Origin: a virus
Length of the DNA stretch: 64,000 bases
Direction: 5' to 3' (one strand)
IMG/VR virus record: IMGVR_UViG_3300017593_000751
Location: 9,278 to 73,277 of that record
Below the pieces are notes generated by a model, which made no database searches, was not told the origin of the DNA, and saw only the letters and a list, made by a program, of their open reading frames with translations. The first letter of the stretch is position 1. Each line of letters opens with the position of its first letter. The translations under genes were made by a program, and so were the position numbers. Of the stretch, positions 1-9,915 are shown piece by piece.

Positions 1-14
1 AATCAACTTAGCCG

Positions 15-461
15 TTATCCAGCACCTCCTCCGGCTTCAAGAACCGACAAACCAATAGCCCCAATACAACCAACAAAGGCTAACAACAGATAAAAGAGGA
101 AAAGAACAAGCACCAAGCCGCCAACAAAGGCCATTGTATAAGCCACTACACTAAAAAGCTTGGGCAACAGGCCCGGCCACTCGGGATTCTCGCCGCAGTA
201 CGGGCACTTCTTGGCCCCCGGCAAGACCCTCTCTTGACAATGATAACAAGGATACCTGCCTTCACGGTCCAACATATCCTTCGGCCCCCAAGTATAGCCG
301 AAAAGTTTGTGTATCCAAAAATCGGCCCCGCTTCGCGGATTCCAGCCCCCGGACCTTCTGTACTCGCCCAGCCGCCGTATTTGCTGGGCCTTCTTCGATT
401 GAGAAGGTCTCTGCGGGTTTGGTGCCGCCTTCGTCGGTTCCTGTCTCATCGGAAGTAACAT
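15..461 (-). CDS. Zinc-ribbon membrane protein
   Basis: CYHC...CPYCG followed by hydrophobic C-terminal helices. Confidence 0.6.
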   Translation of the reverse strand: MLLPMRQEPTKAAPNPQRPSQSKKAQQIRRLGEYRRSGGWNPRSGADFWIHKLFGYTWGPKDMLDREGRYPCYHCQERVLPGAKKCPYCGENPEWPGLLPKLFSVVAYTMAFVGGLVLVLFLFYLLLAFVGCIGAIGLSVLEAGGGAG

Positions 462-478
462 TTGATTTCAGCTCCTTT

Positions 479-895
479 CTAAACCCATTCCAACCAAACC
501 ATCAACTCCTCTACATCATCCCAAGACAAAACAACCCGCCCTCTTTGCTCCCCCTCCTTGTCTCCCTGAAGAAACTCCAACACCACGCCAGCCTCAGAGG
601 GAGCACGCCCAAACGTCACCTTCGCCTCTCCGTTACTAAACGACAAAACGTCCCCGCTTGATTCCTTTTCCTGCTCCCGCCACACCTTCGCGGCCACGGC
701 CCTAGCCATAGCTATTGTTATTGCTTCGCCCAGCTCCCTATGCGAAGCCTCAAAAACTTCGTCAGTCTCCTCATCCCACACGCGACAGAAATGGCCGTCC
801 TCACTACGGCCCGTCTCCCATCTCTTGAATCGTTGGCGAAGGTCGGCCAAGGCTTCTGCGGCCAACTTGCCCAGCTCTTTAGCTTTCTTGGCCAT
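479..895 (-). CDS. Hypothetical two-module protein (helix-W-strands module plus 'LSWDDVEELMVWLE' module)
   Basis: RBS-like sequence; similarity by eye to 27239 and 28665 ORFs. Confidence 0.65.
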   Translation of the reverse strand: MAKKAKELGKLAAEALADLRQRFKRWETGRSEDGHFCRVWDEETDEVFEASHRELGEAITIAMARAVAAKVWREQEKESSGDVLSFSNGEAKVTFGRAPSEAGVVLEFLQGDKEGEQRGRVVLSWDDVEELMVWLEWV

Positions 896-1032
896 TGCTC
901 ATCCCTCAAAACAAAAAGAGTGTGGTGGCGCGACCTTTGCGCTCCAACAGTTCCAGCAGTTGTTATTTTCACATCCGTCATAAGCGCCGTTAGGCATTGT
1001 CCTGCCTCTCCTGCGCCACCACACTCCCGTCC

Positions 1033-1293
1033 TCAAAACACACCACGTTCCCTGCCAGTAACATAATTGACCGCCCAAATAGACGCCCGGGGCTTAGGCG
1101 GCAACTTGCGGGCCAGCCATTGCTTGTCAACCTTCTCCACTTCACTGACGGCCCCGGCTAAGGTCCTCGCCCTACCAACAAGCGTCCTGCCGTCCTCCAT
1201 CTCTACCGTAACGGTGTACCTTCCGCCGCGGTTGGCAACGGCCCAGTCCTTAACCTTCCCGCTCAGTCGGCTTAGCTTCTCGCTTAGGTTCAT
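1033..1293 (-). CDS. Small hypothetical protein (paralogous family)
   Basis: Operon packing; W-strand-strand-'ARTLAGAV' pattern. Confidence 0.55.
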   Translation of the reverse strand: MNLSEKLSRLSGKVKDWAVANRGGRYTVTVEMEDGRTLVGRARTLAGAVSEVEKVDKQWLARKLPPKPRASIWAVNYVTGRERGVF

Positions 1294-1501
1294 CCGCCAC
1301 CTCGGCCCAAGTGTGATATTCCACTTCTACCAAGTTATCTACTGACATCCTCAACACGACTGTATGACTCCGCTCCAAAGCCTCCGGCAATAGCCTGATT
1401 GCAGTAGCCCCGCCGTCCTGTCCTACGATGATAATCTCCCTCGGCCCACCATGGTCATCTAGCTTACAATTTACGACACGAATATTAGAGATTTTAGTCA
1501 T
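1250..1501 (-). CDS. Hypothetical protein
   Basis: ATGA overlap with upstream gene. Confidence 0.5.
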   Translation of the reverse strand: MTKISNIRVVNCKLDDHGGPREIIIVGQDGGATAIRLLPEALERSHTVVLRMSVDNLVEVEYHTWAEVADEPKREAKPTEREG

Positions 1502-2037
1502 CCTTCCTCCCCTTCCTGGTCTTCCTGGCCCAACAGCTTGGGGGTCTTATCCTTCCGTTTCTGAGCCTCCAAGGCAGCTCTAGCGAACCGCTCCAGTTCA
1601 TACCGCCACAAGCCGTGTCTGGCCACCACCTCGGAGAACTCCTCCACGTCGTGCTTGCGGATGCACCAGGCCGGTCTGCCGTCGTCCGTGGTCTCCGGCT
1701 CGCCATAATCGTCCAGCTTCACCGAACAATGACAAAGCTCATGGTCCAACAAAGCCGCCTTTTGCTCACGGGAGAAGTCAGCCTCGTGCCACACCTCATC
1801 ATTTAGCTCTATCACAAAATCAAAGCCGTGAAGCTGCTTATCCAACGGGCCGACCTTGCGGGCCTTGGCCAGCTTGAGCAAGCCTTCTCGCGTTGGCCGC
1901 CAGCCCCGCCGCCAGGCCAAGACTATCTTCGCCTCGGCCAAGTGCGGATGATAAGCCGCCCGCAACTCCTCCAACAGCCCATAAACTTCCCGGCCCTCTT
2001 CCGTATCAGGCTGAATCACTTCGACGTTTGCACTCAT
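1498..2037 (-). CDS. Putative phage metallopeptidase (HExxH)
   Basis: ALLDHELCH and HDVEEFSEVVARHG motifs. Confidence 0.85.
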   Translation of the reverse strand: MSANVEVIQPDTEEGREVYGLLEELRAAYHPHLAEAKIVLAWRRGWRPTREGLLKLAKARKVGPLDKQLHGFDFVIELNDEVWHEADFSREQKAALLDHELCHCSVKLDDYGEPETTDDGRPAWCIRKHDVEEFSEVVARHGLWRYELERFARAALEAQKRKDKTPKLLGQEDQEGEEG

Positions 2038-2088
2038 TTGCCTCTCCTCGTTATATTATACCGTGTTCCCGCTTCCGAACTCAACTCT

Positions 2089-2973
2089 TCAATTGTCTTG
2101 TAGCTTTATTCCCAACCACGGCGGCTTACCCGTCATACCCCATACCTTCAGCGCCAAGAGGTCGTACATCCATCGACCGGACAGCGAACCGGGCGTCCTA
2201 CCCGCCCACCACCGTCCTGGGGTGCCTCCCCACAACACCGCGGCCTCACACAAACGCCGAGCTGTTCCGAGCGCTCCTTCCCACTCTCCGAAGCTTATCC
2301 ACCTCCCGCGAGAGCCGAACGAATAAGGATGAAGGTAGGGCAACAAACAAACATCCCACTTCAACCGATGAGCCTCCACGGCCCAACTCAACAACCTATC
2401 GCCCAAGCCCGGGCCATAAAACTCCCAAGCCAACCAATCAACATGAGACAACAAGACCTCTTCCACCATTCCGTTGGCTTCGTCTATCGTGATACAAGGA
2501 CTTAGCTTAGTTTCAAAAGTCCAAGGAGCTATACTGCAAACCCCCGGGCTGACTCCTTCGTCCCTGATAGCATCGCACATGTCGGCCACCAGGACCAACA
2601 GCTTGCGGAACTCCTGGGCCGTCTGGCCGGACTGCTCATTGTCTATAACCGCGACGAAACCGCCTTGCTTCTTGATATTCTTGGCCATCCTGCCGGCCTC
2701 TTGCGGCGTTCTCGGCCAGATGGTATGAACCGTCTCCAACTGGTCGCCGGGATATCTCGGCATGAGCACGGCAGCCCCATGAAGCAACGTAGGTCGGCCG
2801 TGCTTGCCGAAGTCGTCCCTGACCGCCATAAGCTCCGGCAGACCATATTTCTTCCCGTAACCTTCGGACAACCGCCAGACATCGGCCATATCCACGTCGC
2901 CGTCGCCGTCCAAATCGCCGCGGGAGACTATCCGAAACCCGCAACGCTCTAAAATCTCTTTCTTCCGGCTCAT
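2089..2973 (-). CDS. Protein with N-terminal dockerin/EF-hand-like motif and possible TIM-barrel hydrolase domain
   Basis: GDLDGDGDVDMAD Ca-binding loop; IDNE, DWLAWEFY and LWG strand-end motifs. Confidence 0.5.
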   Translation of the reverse strand: MSRKKEILERCGFRIVSRGDLDGDGDVDMADVWRLSEGYGKKYGLPELMAVRDDFGKHGRPTLLHGAAVLMPRYPGDQLETVHTIWPRTPQEAGRMAKNIKKQGGFVAVIDNEQSGQTAQEFRKLLVLVADMCDAIRDEGVSPGVCSIAPWTFETKLSPCITIDEANGMVEEVLLSHVDWLAWEFYGPGLGDRLLSWAVEAHRLKWDVCLLPYLHPYSFGSRGRWISFGEWEGALGTARRLCEAAVLWGGTPGRWWAGRTPGSLSGRWMYDLLALKVWGMTGKPPWLGIKLQDN

Positions 2974-3554
2974 GCTTCTTGGCCAAGCTCAATCGCAGCT
3001 ATCGCCCCGTCCAACCAATCCCGTAGTCTGCGGGCGTCTTGAACACTTAGATATAAACTCTCATCGCCTCCGGTCAGTGGCACCAACTCTATTTCGTCCG
3101 ACCGCTGGCGGAGAGCAACCTTCGTAGTGTTTTCGTCTACTATTTCCAAATCGTACATCTGCGACCCTGCCTTCAGGCCCAGACGCTTCGCCAATCCCAA
3201 AGCGAACTCAAAGACCTCTCGCGGAGCAACGAGTTCATAGTCCGTTCTAGTTGACGGCGCTAGGCTGCCCTGCCCGTCCTCCAACCTAAGCAAATAGTCC
3301 ACCCGCCACCCCACCACGGACTGCAAGCGAGTCCAAAACATCACGGGGAAGAAGTCCTCCCGACACTCCCCGCGAGCGGTCATCCGGCCTTCCTCTTTGT
3401 CCGCCACGCCCAACAGCCACAACGTAAACCGCTTCGCCCAATCAAAAGGCATTACGACTTCCCAATCGTTCCCGCTCTCCCCCCCACCAGATGGGATGGA
3501 GTACATGGGGGTTGCGGGACTCATCGAAGAACCATCTAGCACCAGCGAAGTCAA
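2970..3554 (-). CDS. Hypothetical protein with 'ARRLxxWL' modules
   Basis: ATGA coupling; repeated module. Confidence 0.65.
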   Translation of the reverse strand: MTSLVLDGSSMSPATPMYSIPSGGGESGNDWEVVMPFDWAKRFTLWLLGVADKEEGRMTARGECREDFFPVMFWTRLQSVVGWRVDYLLRLEDGQGSLAPSTRTDYELVAPREVFEFALGLAKRLGLKAGSQMYDLEIVDENTTKVALRQRSDEIELVPLTGGDESLYLSVQDARRLRDWLDGAIAAIELGQEA

Positions 3555-3979
3555 TCATAGCCGTCTGTAACTCCTCGTAACACCTTGCCCAAGAGCCAAC
3601 CGAGCTCCTCAGCGGTCTCTTTGGCAACCGTAACCGTTCGCCCGTCTATCAATTTAGGCGTCTTTGACCACCAATTGGACTGGTCCGACCACAGAGAAAA
3701 GGTCGCCACAACGCCGGAACCGCCGCCCGCCTCAGACCAACGCATCAGAGCGGTTTGTCCTTGCTCGTCCGGCTCGTTTTTGAATATCAAAACGCCCCTC
3801 CGCTTCTCCCCTGACAACCAAGCCGACAACGCGGCCACCTGCCCTGATTGCAATTCTAACCGCAGCCCGCGCCAAGCATGGTGAGAAACGGAGGCGGTCT
3901 TATCCGCTCGGCTCAAGTCCCACAGAGCGCCTGCAAATTCCATATTGCCTAACACCACTTTGATTCTTGATTCAACCAT
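3551..3979 (-). CDS. Hypothetical protein with 'ARRLxxWL'-like modules
   Basis: Operon coupling. Confidence 0.6.
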   Translation of the reverse strand: MVESRIKVVLGNMEFAGALWDLSRADKTASVSHHAWRGLRLELQSGQVAALSAWLSGEKRRGVLIFKNEPDEQGQTALMRWSEAGGGSGVVATFSLWSDQSNWWSKTPKLIDGRTVTVAKETAEELGWLLGKVLRGVTDGYD

Positions 3980-3982
3980 CGC

Positions 3983-4294
3983 TCACTCTCCCTTCGCCCC
4001 TTTTGGCAACTTCACCGCCCACGCAAATACGAGCCGGCCCAGCTTAGCGTACACTTCCACAAACTTGGGCTTCTCAAAAGTCCGAGGCACGTTGCGTTTG
4101 GACAGCTGTTCGTCAAGGACGCCGTTCTCCGCCCACTTCCGCAAGCGTTGTGTGACGTCGATTTGGGCTGCGACGATTGCCGCAGTGCGAGTATTGGCCC
4201 GGACCGCTGGCCTCGGCAGGCCCAAATGCGGGCACCACGCCCTCCAACAATCTTCCTCCTTCCAAACCTCAATGCCCAGACCTGTCCAATTCAT
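3983..4294 (-). CDS. HicB-N-like small protein
   Basis: IEVWKEEDCWRAWCPHL...ANTRTAAI resembles the HicB antitoxin N-terminal domain. Confidence 0.4.
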   Translation of the reverse strand: MNWTGLGIEVWKEEDCWRAWCPHLGLPRPAVRANTRTAAIVAAQIDVTQRLRKWAENGVLDEQLSKRNVPRTFEKPKFVEVYAKLGRLVFAWAVKLPKGAKGE

Positions 4295-4641
4295 CCCTTT
4301 GCCTTCACTTCCTTCACTTCCTTCAATTCCTCAAACAGAGCCCTCACCCTAGCCTGCGCCTCCTTCGGCCAGCGGTCTAGTTGGCCGACAAAATCACGCA
4401 TTCGTGCGCCAGGCCCGCCAGCCCAACGCACGAGCAGGTGCCATTGGTCACAACAACAGCAACGGAGTGGCTTGGGCGGGTCTATACCTTGCTCCTCCTC
4501 TTCCCACGACAGATAAACATAGAACTCGTCGAAAGGGAAGCCCCAATAATCGTGGTCATCATGACAGGACTGACAATGCCGCTCTCGCCCATCCTCATCT
4601 ATCCACGCCTCCCGCTCAGCATCCCAATACGGGGCGGTCAT
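4291..4641 (-). CDS. Cys/His-rich hypothetical protein
   Basis: HCQSCH and CCC motifs; ATGA coupling. Confidence 0.55.
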   Translation of the reverse strand: MTAPYWDAEREAWIDEDGRERHCQSCHDDHDYWGFPFDEFYVYLSWEEEEQGIDPPKPLRCCCCDQWHLLVRWAGGPGARMRDFVGQLDRWPKEAQARVRALFEELKEVKEVKAKG

Positions 4642-4856
4642 TCACCCTTCCTTTCATCATCTACAACATCAAACCACTGTCTCGCGGCGTGGACGTTCGC
4701 CCAAGACAAGTCCGTAAACAACAAGTCTATCACGTCTCCATAATCATAAATGATTTGCACCTCGACACCATGTTCTCGTTTGCGCAACCGAAGCTTTTTG
4801 ATTCCGTCAATCAAGTTCAAAGAGCTAGTTGTGTCCACTCCACCCATTTCATTCAT
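4638..4856 (-). CDS. Hypothetical protein
   Basis: ATGA coupling on both sides. Confidence 0.55.
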   Translation of the reverse strand: MNEMGGVDTTSSLNLIDGIKKLRLRKREHGVEVQIIYDYGDVIDLLFTDLSWANVHAARQWFDVVDDERKGE

Positions 4857-5233
4857 CTATTTTCCTCTCCGGTCAATAAATCCGCCAAACGCGCCGCCCC
4901 CGCCATGCCAAACACAACCGTTTCCGATTCCTCTACCAAATCCCTTCGGATTGACCTCCGCCACCTTATCGTCCACGGCCTCCAACCATAGGTCACAAAC
5001 CAATCCTCATAAAATCCTTTTTGCCACCACACACAAGCCCTACCAGTCTTACTGACCATAACCAACGAGCGCTCATCATTCCAAGCCCTCTCCAAAAGCC
5101 ACGAGCGCATTCGTTCGGCCCACTCAAAGCTTATCTCTATGGCCTCACCGTCCCGCCACAAAGGATGAGACAAGAACCAACCCTTGTCCGTTCTGGTCCA
5201 GGAGCCATTGAATATCTCAAACTGCATCATCAA
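4853..5233 (-). CDS. Hypothetical protein with 'AxRLxxWL' modules
   Basis: Operon coupling. Confidence 0.55.
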   Translation of the reverse strand: MMMQFEIFNGSWTRTDKGWFLSHPLWRDGEAIEISFEWAERMRSWLLERAWNDERSLVMVSKTGRACVWWQKGFYEDWFVTYGWRPWTIRWRRSIRRDLVEESETVVFGMAGAARLADLLTGEENR

Positions 5234-6669
5234 TCAACCCTCTCCATCGGCATCACCACATAAATTATATCCGCCCCGGCAACAATTACCCAAGGCTTCC
5301 GCTCCGGCTCCTCCGGCCCCAAAACCTCCACCTTTTCCCGGCCCGCCTTGGCCAAGGCGGAGAAGATGCTCTGCAAAAAGGCAGCATTGAATCCCGAAGC
5401 CACCTTCCCCCCCTTCATCTCCACAGCCGGCATGGAGGCCCAAACCTTGGAATCGCCGGGATAACTTTTAACCTCGCGGCTCAAGAACAGCTCACCATCC
5501 GAAAAGGACACATCCACATAAAACGTATCAGCCTCCGCCGCCCTCATCTGCTTGACTATTAGTTCAACCGCCTCTTTCGTCGGCTCTACTTCCAGCCCCC
5601 ACCGATAAGCCGAAGCCTCCAAACTCTCCGGCTTATCGGGGATAAAAGGCTTCCAATCCGGGAAGCCGCCCACCGGCGAACAACCCACGAGAAGAACGGC
5701 CTCCCCGAACTCACCGGAAGTCTCAAACCTCACATAATCCCAGGCTGCGGGCGACATCTCCGGCACCTGGTTTTCCTTCACCTCTTCGCCCCGAAGCTTT
5801 TTCCTGCCGTTCGCCAGCTCAGGGCGAAAACAGCTCACTTCACAGCTGTCCCCGCCAAAGGCTGAAACGACCTTGCCTTTCCTGGGGGCCAGCCGGGCCA
5901 AGAGACTAAAAGCCGAAGGAGGCACCAAATAAGGCTTTTCCAACAGTTTGACTGTCTCTTTTGCTTCGTCCTCCGGCATAGTAGCAACGGCCTCTTCTAT
6001 CCGCGATGTTGCTATAACATGCCCTTCGGTGGCCACCAGCCTTATCTCGCCGGGATAAAAGGCTATGCGGTTCAAGGCATATCTTGTGCCCACATCGGCA
6101 CAAAAGTCCTTGACTACCTCAAAAGCCCGCAGCAAAGAGGCCGTGCCTGTGTGGACAACGCCGCCGGCGGCATCATCACTTAGCTGCACGGGCGAAGGAT
6201 AATCGCCGGGGTCCAGACTTTCCAATGTCGCGCCTGCCTTGGCCTTGCTGCCCTTGCGTGGCTTCGATAGCTTCAAAAGAGCCTTGCTTTCACTGACATC
6301 TTCCGCAGGCCCGATGGACAAAAACCCAACCTCTTTCGGTTTGTCTGGTCCTCTAAAAACCAGCTCAATTGGCCCATCGGCCCGGCCCAAGGCAGCCACC
6401 AAACGGCGAGCCGGCACCAGCAAAACCTTTGGTGCTTTCTCGCCGGCCTGGCGGACAACCACCGGCATTGTTAGCTCCAATGTAACCTCTAAATCAGTCG
6501 CCCTCAGCCGCAGCTTCGCCTCTTTGTGCAAAGCCTCCAAGTAAACACAAGACAAGACGGGCTTCGGAGTAGAACGTGGGACCACATAGTCCAACAAGCC
6601 CGCGGCCGCCTTCAATGCCTGCCCGTTGACTACTACCTTGGTCGCTTGAGAATCAATACCTTCGGTCAT
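5230..6669 (-). CDS. dnaN: Divergent DNA polymerase III beta sliding clamp homologue
   Basis: PKPVLSCVYL, LRATDLE, DYPS, TRYALN, LVATEGH, FPDW, FNAAFL and YVVMPM motifs; 479 aa with insertions. Confidence 0.85.
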   Translation of the reverse strand: MTEGIDSQATKVVVNGQALKAAAGLLDYVVPRSTPKPVLSCVYLEALHKEAKLRLRATDLEVTLELTMPVVVRQAGEKAPKVLLVPARRLVAALGRADGPIELVFRGPDKPKEVGFLSIGPAEDVSESKALLKLSKPRKGSKAKAGATLESLDPGDYPSPVQLSDDAAGGVVHTGTASLLRAFEVVKDFCADVGTRYALNRIAFYPGEIRLVATEGHVIATSRIEEAVATMPEDEAKETVKLLEKPYLVPPSAFSLLARLAPRKGKVVSAFGGDSCEVSCFRPELANGRKKLRGEEVKENQVPEMSPAAWDYVRFETSGEFGEAVLLVGCSPVGGFPDWKPFIPDKPESLEASAYRWGLEVEPTKEAVELIVKQMRAAEADTFYVDVSFSDGELFLSREVKSYPGDSKVWASMPAVEMKGGKVASGFNAAFLQSIFSALAKAGREKVEVLGPEEPERKPWVIVAGADIIYVVMPMERVD

Positions 6670-6829
6670 TTCAATCTCCCTTCTGTTTCATTATATGCCA
6701 CAAACGGAGAAGCCCTTCAAATAGACAGCTTTATCGGGCCTCCCTCAGTCGTTAGCAATTCGGCGCGGCGCTCGAAGTCCGCTTCGAGAGCCCAAGCGTT
6801 TGAGGCTGGCCTGCTTCTAACGACCAACG

Positions 6830-7093
6830 CTAGGGCCGCAAACCGCCGCCGCGCTCTTTATCTTCGTTTCCTTCTCTGATTTTCCGCCACCGCCTCTTCC
6901 GCCTATCGTAGGCGAACACGACCGTCTTGACGAATGGCCGCGACATGGCCTGCAAGAACGTATCAACGGCCCGTTGAGCATTCCGCCGGCTCGCGTAGCC
7001 CTCGCCGCTGTCGGCCATGATGCGGCCATTCCGGGCCACCGCCCGCCAGCGCCACAAGCCGTCGGCGGAGGATTTGTAGATTTCAATCTTCAT
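6830..7093 (-). CDS. YegP/DUF1508 family protein
   Basis: EIYKS.DG.WRWRAVARNGRIMADSGEGY signature. Confidence 0.85.
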   Translation of the reverse strand: MKIEIYKSSADGLWRWRAVARNGRIMADSGEGYASRRNAQRAVDTFLQAMSRPFVKTVVFAYDRRKRRWRKIREGNEDKERGGGLRP

Positions 7094-7524
7094 CTGACTC
7101 GCCTCGGCAAAGTCTGCCAGCCAGTCATGCTCCCCTTGTCATCCTTGAAAACTATTTTCAACCGGGGCAATTTCATATACGAGATAAATCGCTTCAGCGC
7201 TTGCAATGCACCGCGGCGCGTTATGTATGTTTCGTCGCTAGCGGCCAACACCTGACGGTTGCGGGCAACGGCCCGCCAGCCCCATGAGCCGCTAGGGTAC
7301 TGGTAAACCTCAATCTCGCAGCCGCCGCAGCCGTCGTTGGTTTGCAACAATTCTCTCACGGCCCCCGTGGCTTCGTCCAACACCTCCCAAGCGGACCTCA
7401 ACGACAACTCCGCAATATCCTGTTTGCCCCACTCCAGCTCCATAGATGCGTTGAAGATACGGTCCGCAGCCGCGCTGGCTTGATGGTATGCGGTTACTAA
7501 AGCTTTTCTCTTCTCAAATGTCAT
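7090..7524 (-). CDS. Protein with C-terminal YegP/DUF1508 domain
   Basis: EVYQYPSGSWGWRAVARNRQVLAASDETY; paralogue of the adjacent gene. Confidence 0.7.
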   Translation of the reverse strand: MTFEKRKALVTAYHQASAAADRIFNASMELEWGKQDIAELSLRSAWEVLDEATGAVRELLQTNDGCGGCEIEVYQYPSGSWGWRAVARNRQVLAASDETYITRRGALQALKRFISYMKLPRLKIVFKDDKGSMTGWQTLPRRVR

Positions 7525-7525
7525 A

Positions 7526-7858
7526 TCAGTCCTCTCTTTCGTCATTCCCGCCCATCCGGCCAAGAACCTTTTGACTTGCCCTTTCCGCCTGCCTTTTCAT
7601 GTCCTCACAAACCGCAAGCACCAACTTCCCGCCGCAGGAATGTTCCTTGTCCGCTCCCCGAGCTCCCTCAATTATCAATTCCATCGCCTGTAGCAAACAC
7701 GCACGGGCTTGGTCGGGGTCGGTGAAGTCGAAAATCCCGCCCTCGTGCCCCACCAATTGGTTCCCTTTACTCGTCCCCGCGACCACCAGAACGAGCCTTA
7801 TATCATGACCCTCTAATCGCTTGTTTTCGAACCAAGCTTTGAACTCTTGAAATGTCAT
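7526..7858 (-). CDS. Hypothetical protein
   Basis: RBS and operon packing. Confidence 0.55.
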   Translation of the reverse strand: MTFQEFKAWFENKRLEGHDIRLVLVVAGTSKGNQLVGHEGGIFDFTDPDQARACLLQAMELIIEGARGADKEHSCGGKLVLAVCEDMKRQAERASQKVLGRMGGNDERED

Positions 7859-7892
7859 CGCCGGCTTCCTTCTTTTTGACTCAACCTCCGCC

Positions 7893-8213
7893 TTACATCG
7901 CGGGCATTACACCGTCTGTCGGATGTCGCGGGATGCTGTACGGCCACGTCGAGCCGTCATACTCGCCGATAGCGATAACCTTGGTTGGCGTCCAAGCCCA
8001 AACGGGAGGGCACTCAATCAACCCGAGGCCCTCATCAAACTCGTAATCCAACCAGCCTTGGGCCTCCTCCCAAGACAGCAGCTTCCCTTTAGGCATCTCG
8101 TCGTAACGGGGCACGGCATCCTCATTACAAGCTCCATCCATTCTGCCGATAACGACGCCCTCAATCGGCTCGCCATCGGCCTCTCTCAAAATCCATTCCT
8201 TGAGGTTCGCCAC
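7893..8213 (-). CDS. Conserved phage hypothetical protein
   Basis: LDYEFDEGLG...AWT...EYDGST..IPRHP pattern; strong RBS. Confidence 0.7.
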   Translation of the reverse strand: MANLKEWILREADGEPIEGVVIGRMDGACNEDAVPRYDEMPKGKLLSWEEAQGWLDYEFDEGLGLIECPPVWAWTPTKVIAIGEYDGSTWPYSIPRHPTDGVMPAM

Positions 8214-8225
8214 GATGCTTTCCTT

Positions 8226-8732
8226 TCATCTCCGACCCATCGGCCTGAGGCCGAACGCACTTATCCGGCCCTCTATTCGCAGCCCCTGCGGTGTAACGCA
8301 GGACCGCCAGGCAGGCAACTCAAATCGCCAGCGCAGGCGATTCCAACCCTTGAGGCTGGGGAGTCCCTCCGTCGCCTCTAACGTTGCCTTTGTGCCACGC
8401 GGGAAGATGAGGGCCCGCAAGACTCGCGGGTCGTCAAGTATTTGTTTCGATACATCGGTGACGCGCCCGCTGTCGGTCGGGAAACCCAAGATGACGCATT
8501 GGGAGCCGTCGAGTGACGCCAGTGCAGGCACCAAGACGGTCTCGCGGGGCATTTTATCCCAACGAATCAACGCAACGACCCAGGTGAACAAATGGACCTC
8601 GTATATGTTGCCCTTGTCGTCGTAAGCGTAGCCGTCCGCCTGCACGGCACCCTGCAAGAAGGGCAGGACATGTTCGGTGATTGCCGCTCTTGCCCGGCGA
8701 ATGAATTGTTTTCTAATGCTGACCTGTTTCAT
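8226..8732 (-). CDS. Hypothetical protein (paralogue of 15270..15842)
   Basis: Shared FPxGT and GWxRLxW motifs. Confidence 0.6.
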   Translation of the reverse strand: MKQVSIRKQFIRRARAAITEHVLPFLQGAVQADGYAYDDKGNIYEVHLFTWVVALIRWDKMPRETVLVPALASLDGSQCVILGFPTDSGRVTDVSKQILDDPRVLRALIFPRGTKATLEATEGLPSLKGWNRLRWRFELPAWRSCVTPQGLRIEGRISAFGLRPMGRR

Positions 8733-8833
8733 GTCGTCAGCGCTCCTTCGGTTTCACAATCCTCTCGGCGGCTCCCGACCAGCTAACTGGCCACGTAATC
8801 CATTCCGTGAGGTTAACCTTGGTGCTTGCTTTC

Positions 8834-9298
8834 TTACAGCGTTGCTGGAGTCCTTTCGTCCGCCTTCAAAACCGCCATGATGAACGCGGCGTCAATATCA
8901 CCAAACCAAACACAACGCCCCTCTTTCTCTTCGGCCCAAATCACCTTCTCGAAATAGTCGCCACTCCAAGTCAAAACAAGTCTCCTCCTCTGCGCGTTAA
9001 GCGAAGGTTCGTACTCTTTATGCACCGACCAACCGCTACCGCGAGGCTGAATCCACACGCCCCTCTCACTGATATAATTCATAGCCCAATCGCGCAGTAG
9101 GGCGAGCGCTACCGACGGCTCAATCACATACGTAGGGAGCCGCTCAAATGATTCCAAAGAGACTACCAGCATCCAACCTTTTCCTTCAACCCGAGACAGC
9201 TTCGCCTCCGGCGGGGCAGGCGTCACCAACGGCACAACCGGATTGCCCATCTTTTCAATGGCCGCCTTGCCGTCCTTCGATTCCCAGTTTTTCAACAT
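8834..9298 (-). CDS. Hypothetical protein
   Basis: Start revised to MLKNW after an AAAGGA RBS. Confidence 0.5.
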   Translation of the reverse strand: MLKNWESKDGKAAIEKMGNPVVPLVTPAPPEAKLSRVEGKGWMLVVSLESFERLPTYVIEPSVALALLRDWAMNYISERGVWIQPRGSGWSVHKEYEPSLNAQRRRLVLTWSGDYFEKVIWAEEKEGRCVWFGDIDAAFIMAVLKADERTPATL

Positions 9299-9303
9299 GC
9301 CAA

Positions 9304-9915
9304 CTATTTCCTTTCCGCCCACCGCCGATACCCCGCAGGCCCTCGGCGGTACAATTCGGCCATTTGCTCCGGCGTGGAAGCGCCGACCCTCGGCGCGTAG
9401 TATTCCAGCCAGGCCCGAACCAGCCGCCGGCACTGGGCCACGTCGTACGGGTCCACCGTCTCGCCGGTCAGGCGCATCACGTCCTCGGCCCATATCGGCG
9501 TCACCTGGAACTCGCCCCGCTCGCCGGCAGGACCGACCACGCCGCGCCGGCAGCGCGGGTCTTGGCCGTAGCGGGACTCGCGCCAGTGAATCAGCTTAAC
9601 CGCCCTATCCCAAACGTCCACCACTGGCCGAGAACCCAGCTGCCACAAACTGTCTGATGACGAAGAAAACGAAACGGGGTTATTCGTCTGTCCTGCCTTC
9701 TTCATTAGGGCTTCAAGGCGGGTTATACGTTTTTCTAATCGGGCCAAACGCTCCTCAAATTGGCCCAAACAATATCCCAAGGTCGCCCCCACCGCCGAAA
9801 GCACTAAAAACCCCGCGACTGTTTTGGGCCAAAAACCTGAACCTTTCCTTGGAGCCTCAAGCGGTTCAAACGGCGAAGGGTCATGCGGGATGTTCTTCTT
9901 GCCCGCAGCGACCAT
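9304..9915 (-). CDS. Lysozyme-like/transglycosylase with N-terminal membrane anchor (possible SAR-type endolysin)
   Basis: TM segment VAGFLVLSAVGATLGYCLG; catalytic ES, GERGEFQV and YRRGP motifs. Confidence 0.65.
   Translation of the reverse strand: MVAAGKKNIPHDPSPFEPLEAPRKGSGFWPKTVAGFLVLSAVGATLGYCLGQFEERLARLEKRITRLEALMKKAGQTNNPVSFSSSSDSLWQLGSRPVVDVWDRAVKLIHWRESRYGQDPRCRRGVVGPAGERGEFQVTPIWAEDVMRLTGETVDPYDVAQCRRLVRAWLEYYAPRVGASTPEQMAELYRRGPAGYRRWAERK

Noticed and set aside
9654-9674. CTGATGA...GAAA hammerhead-like core
   Set aside because: No stem II, and it lies antisense within the lysozyme-like CDS
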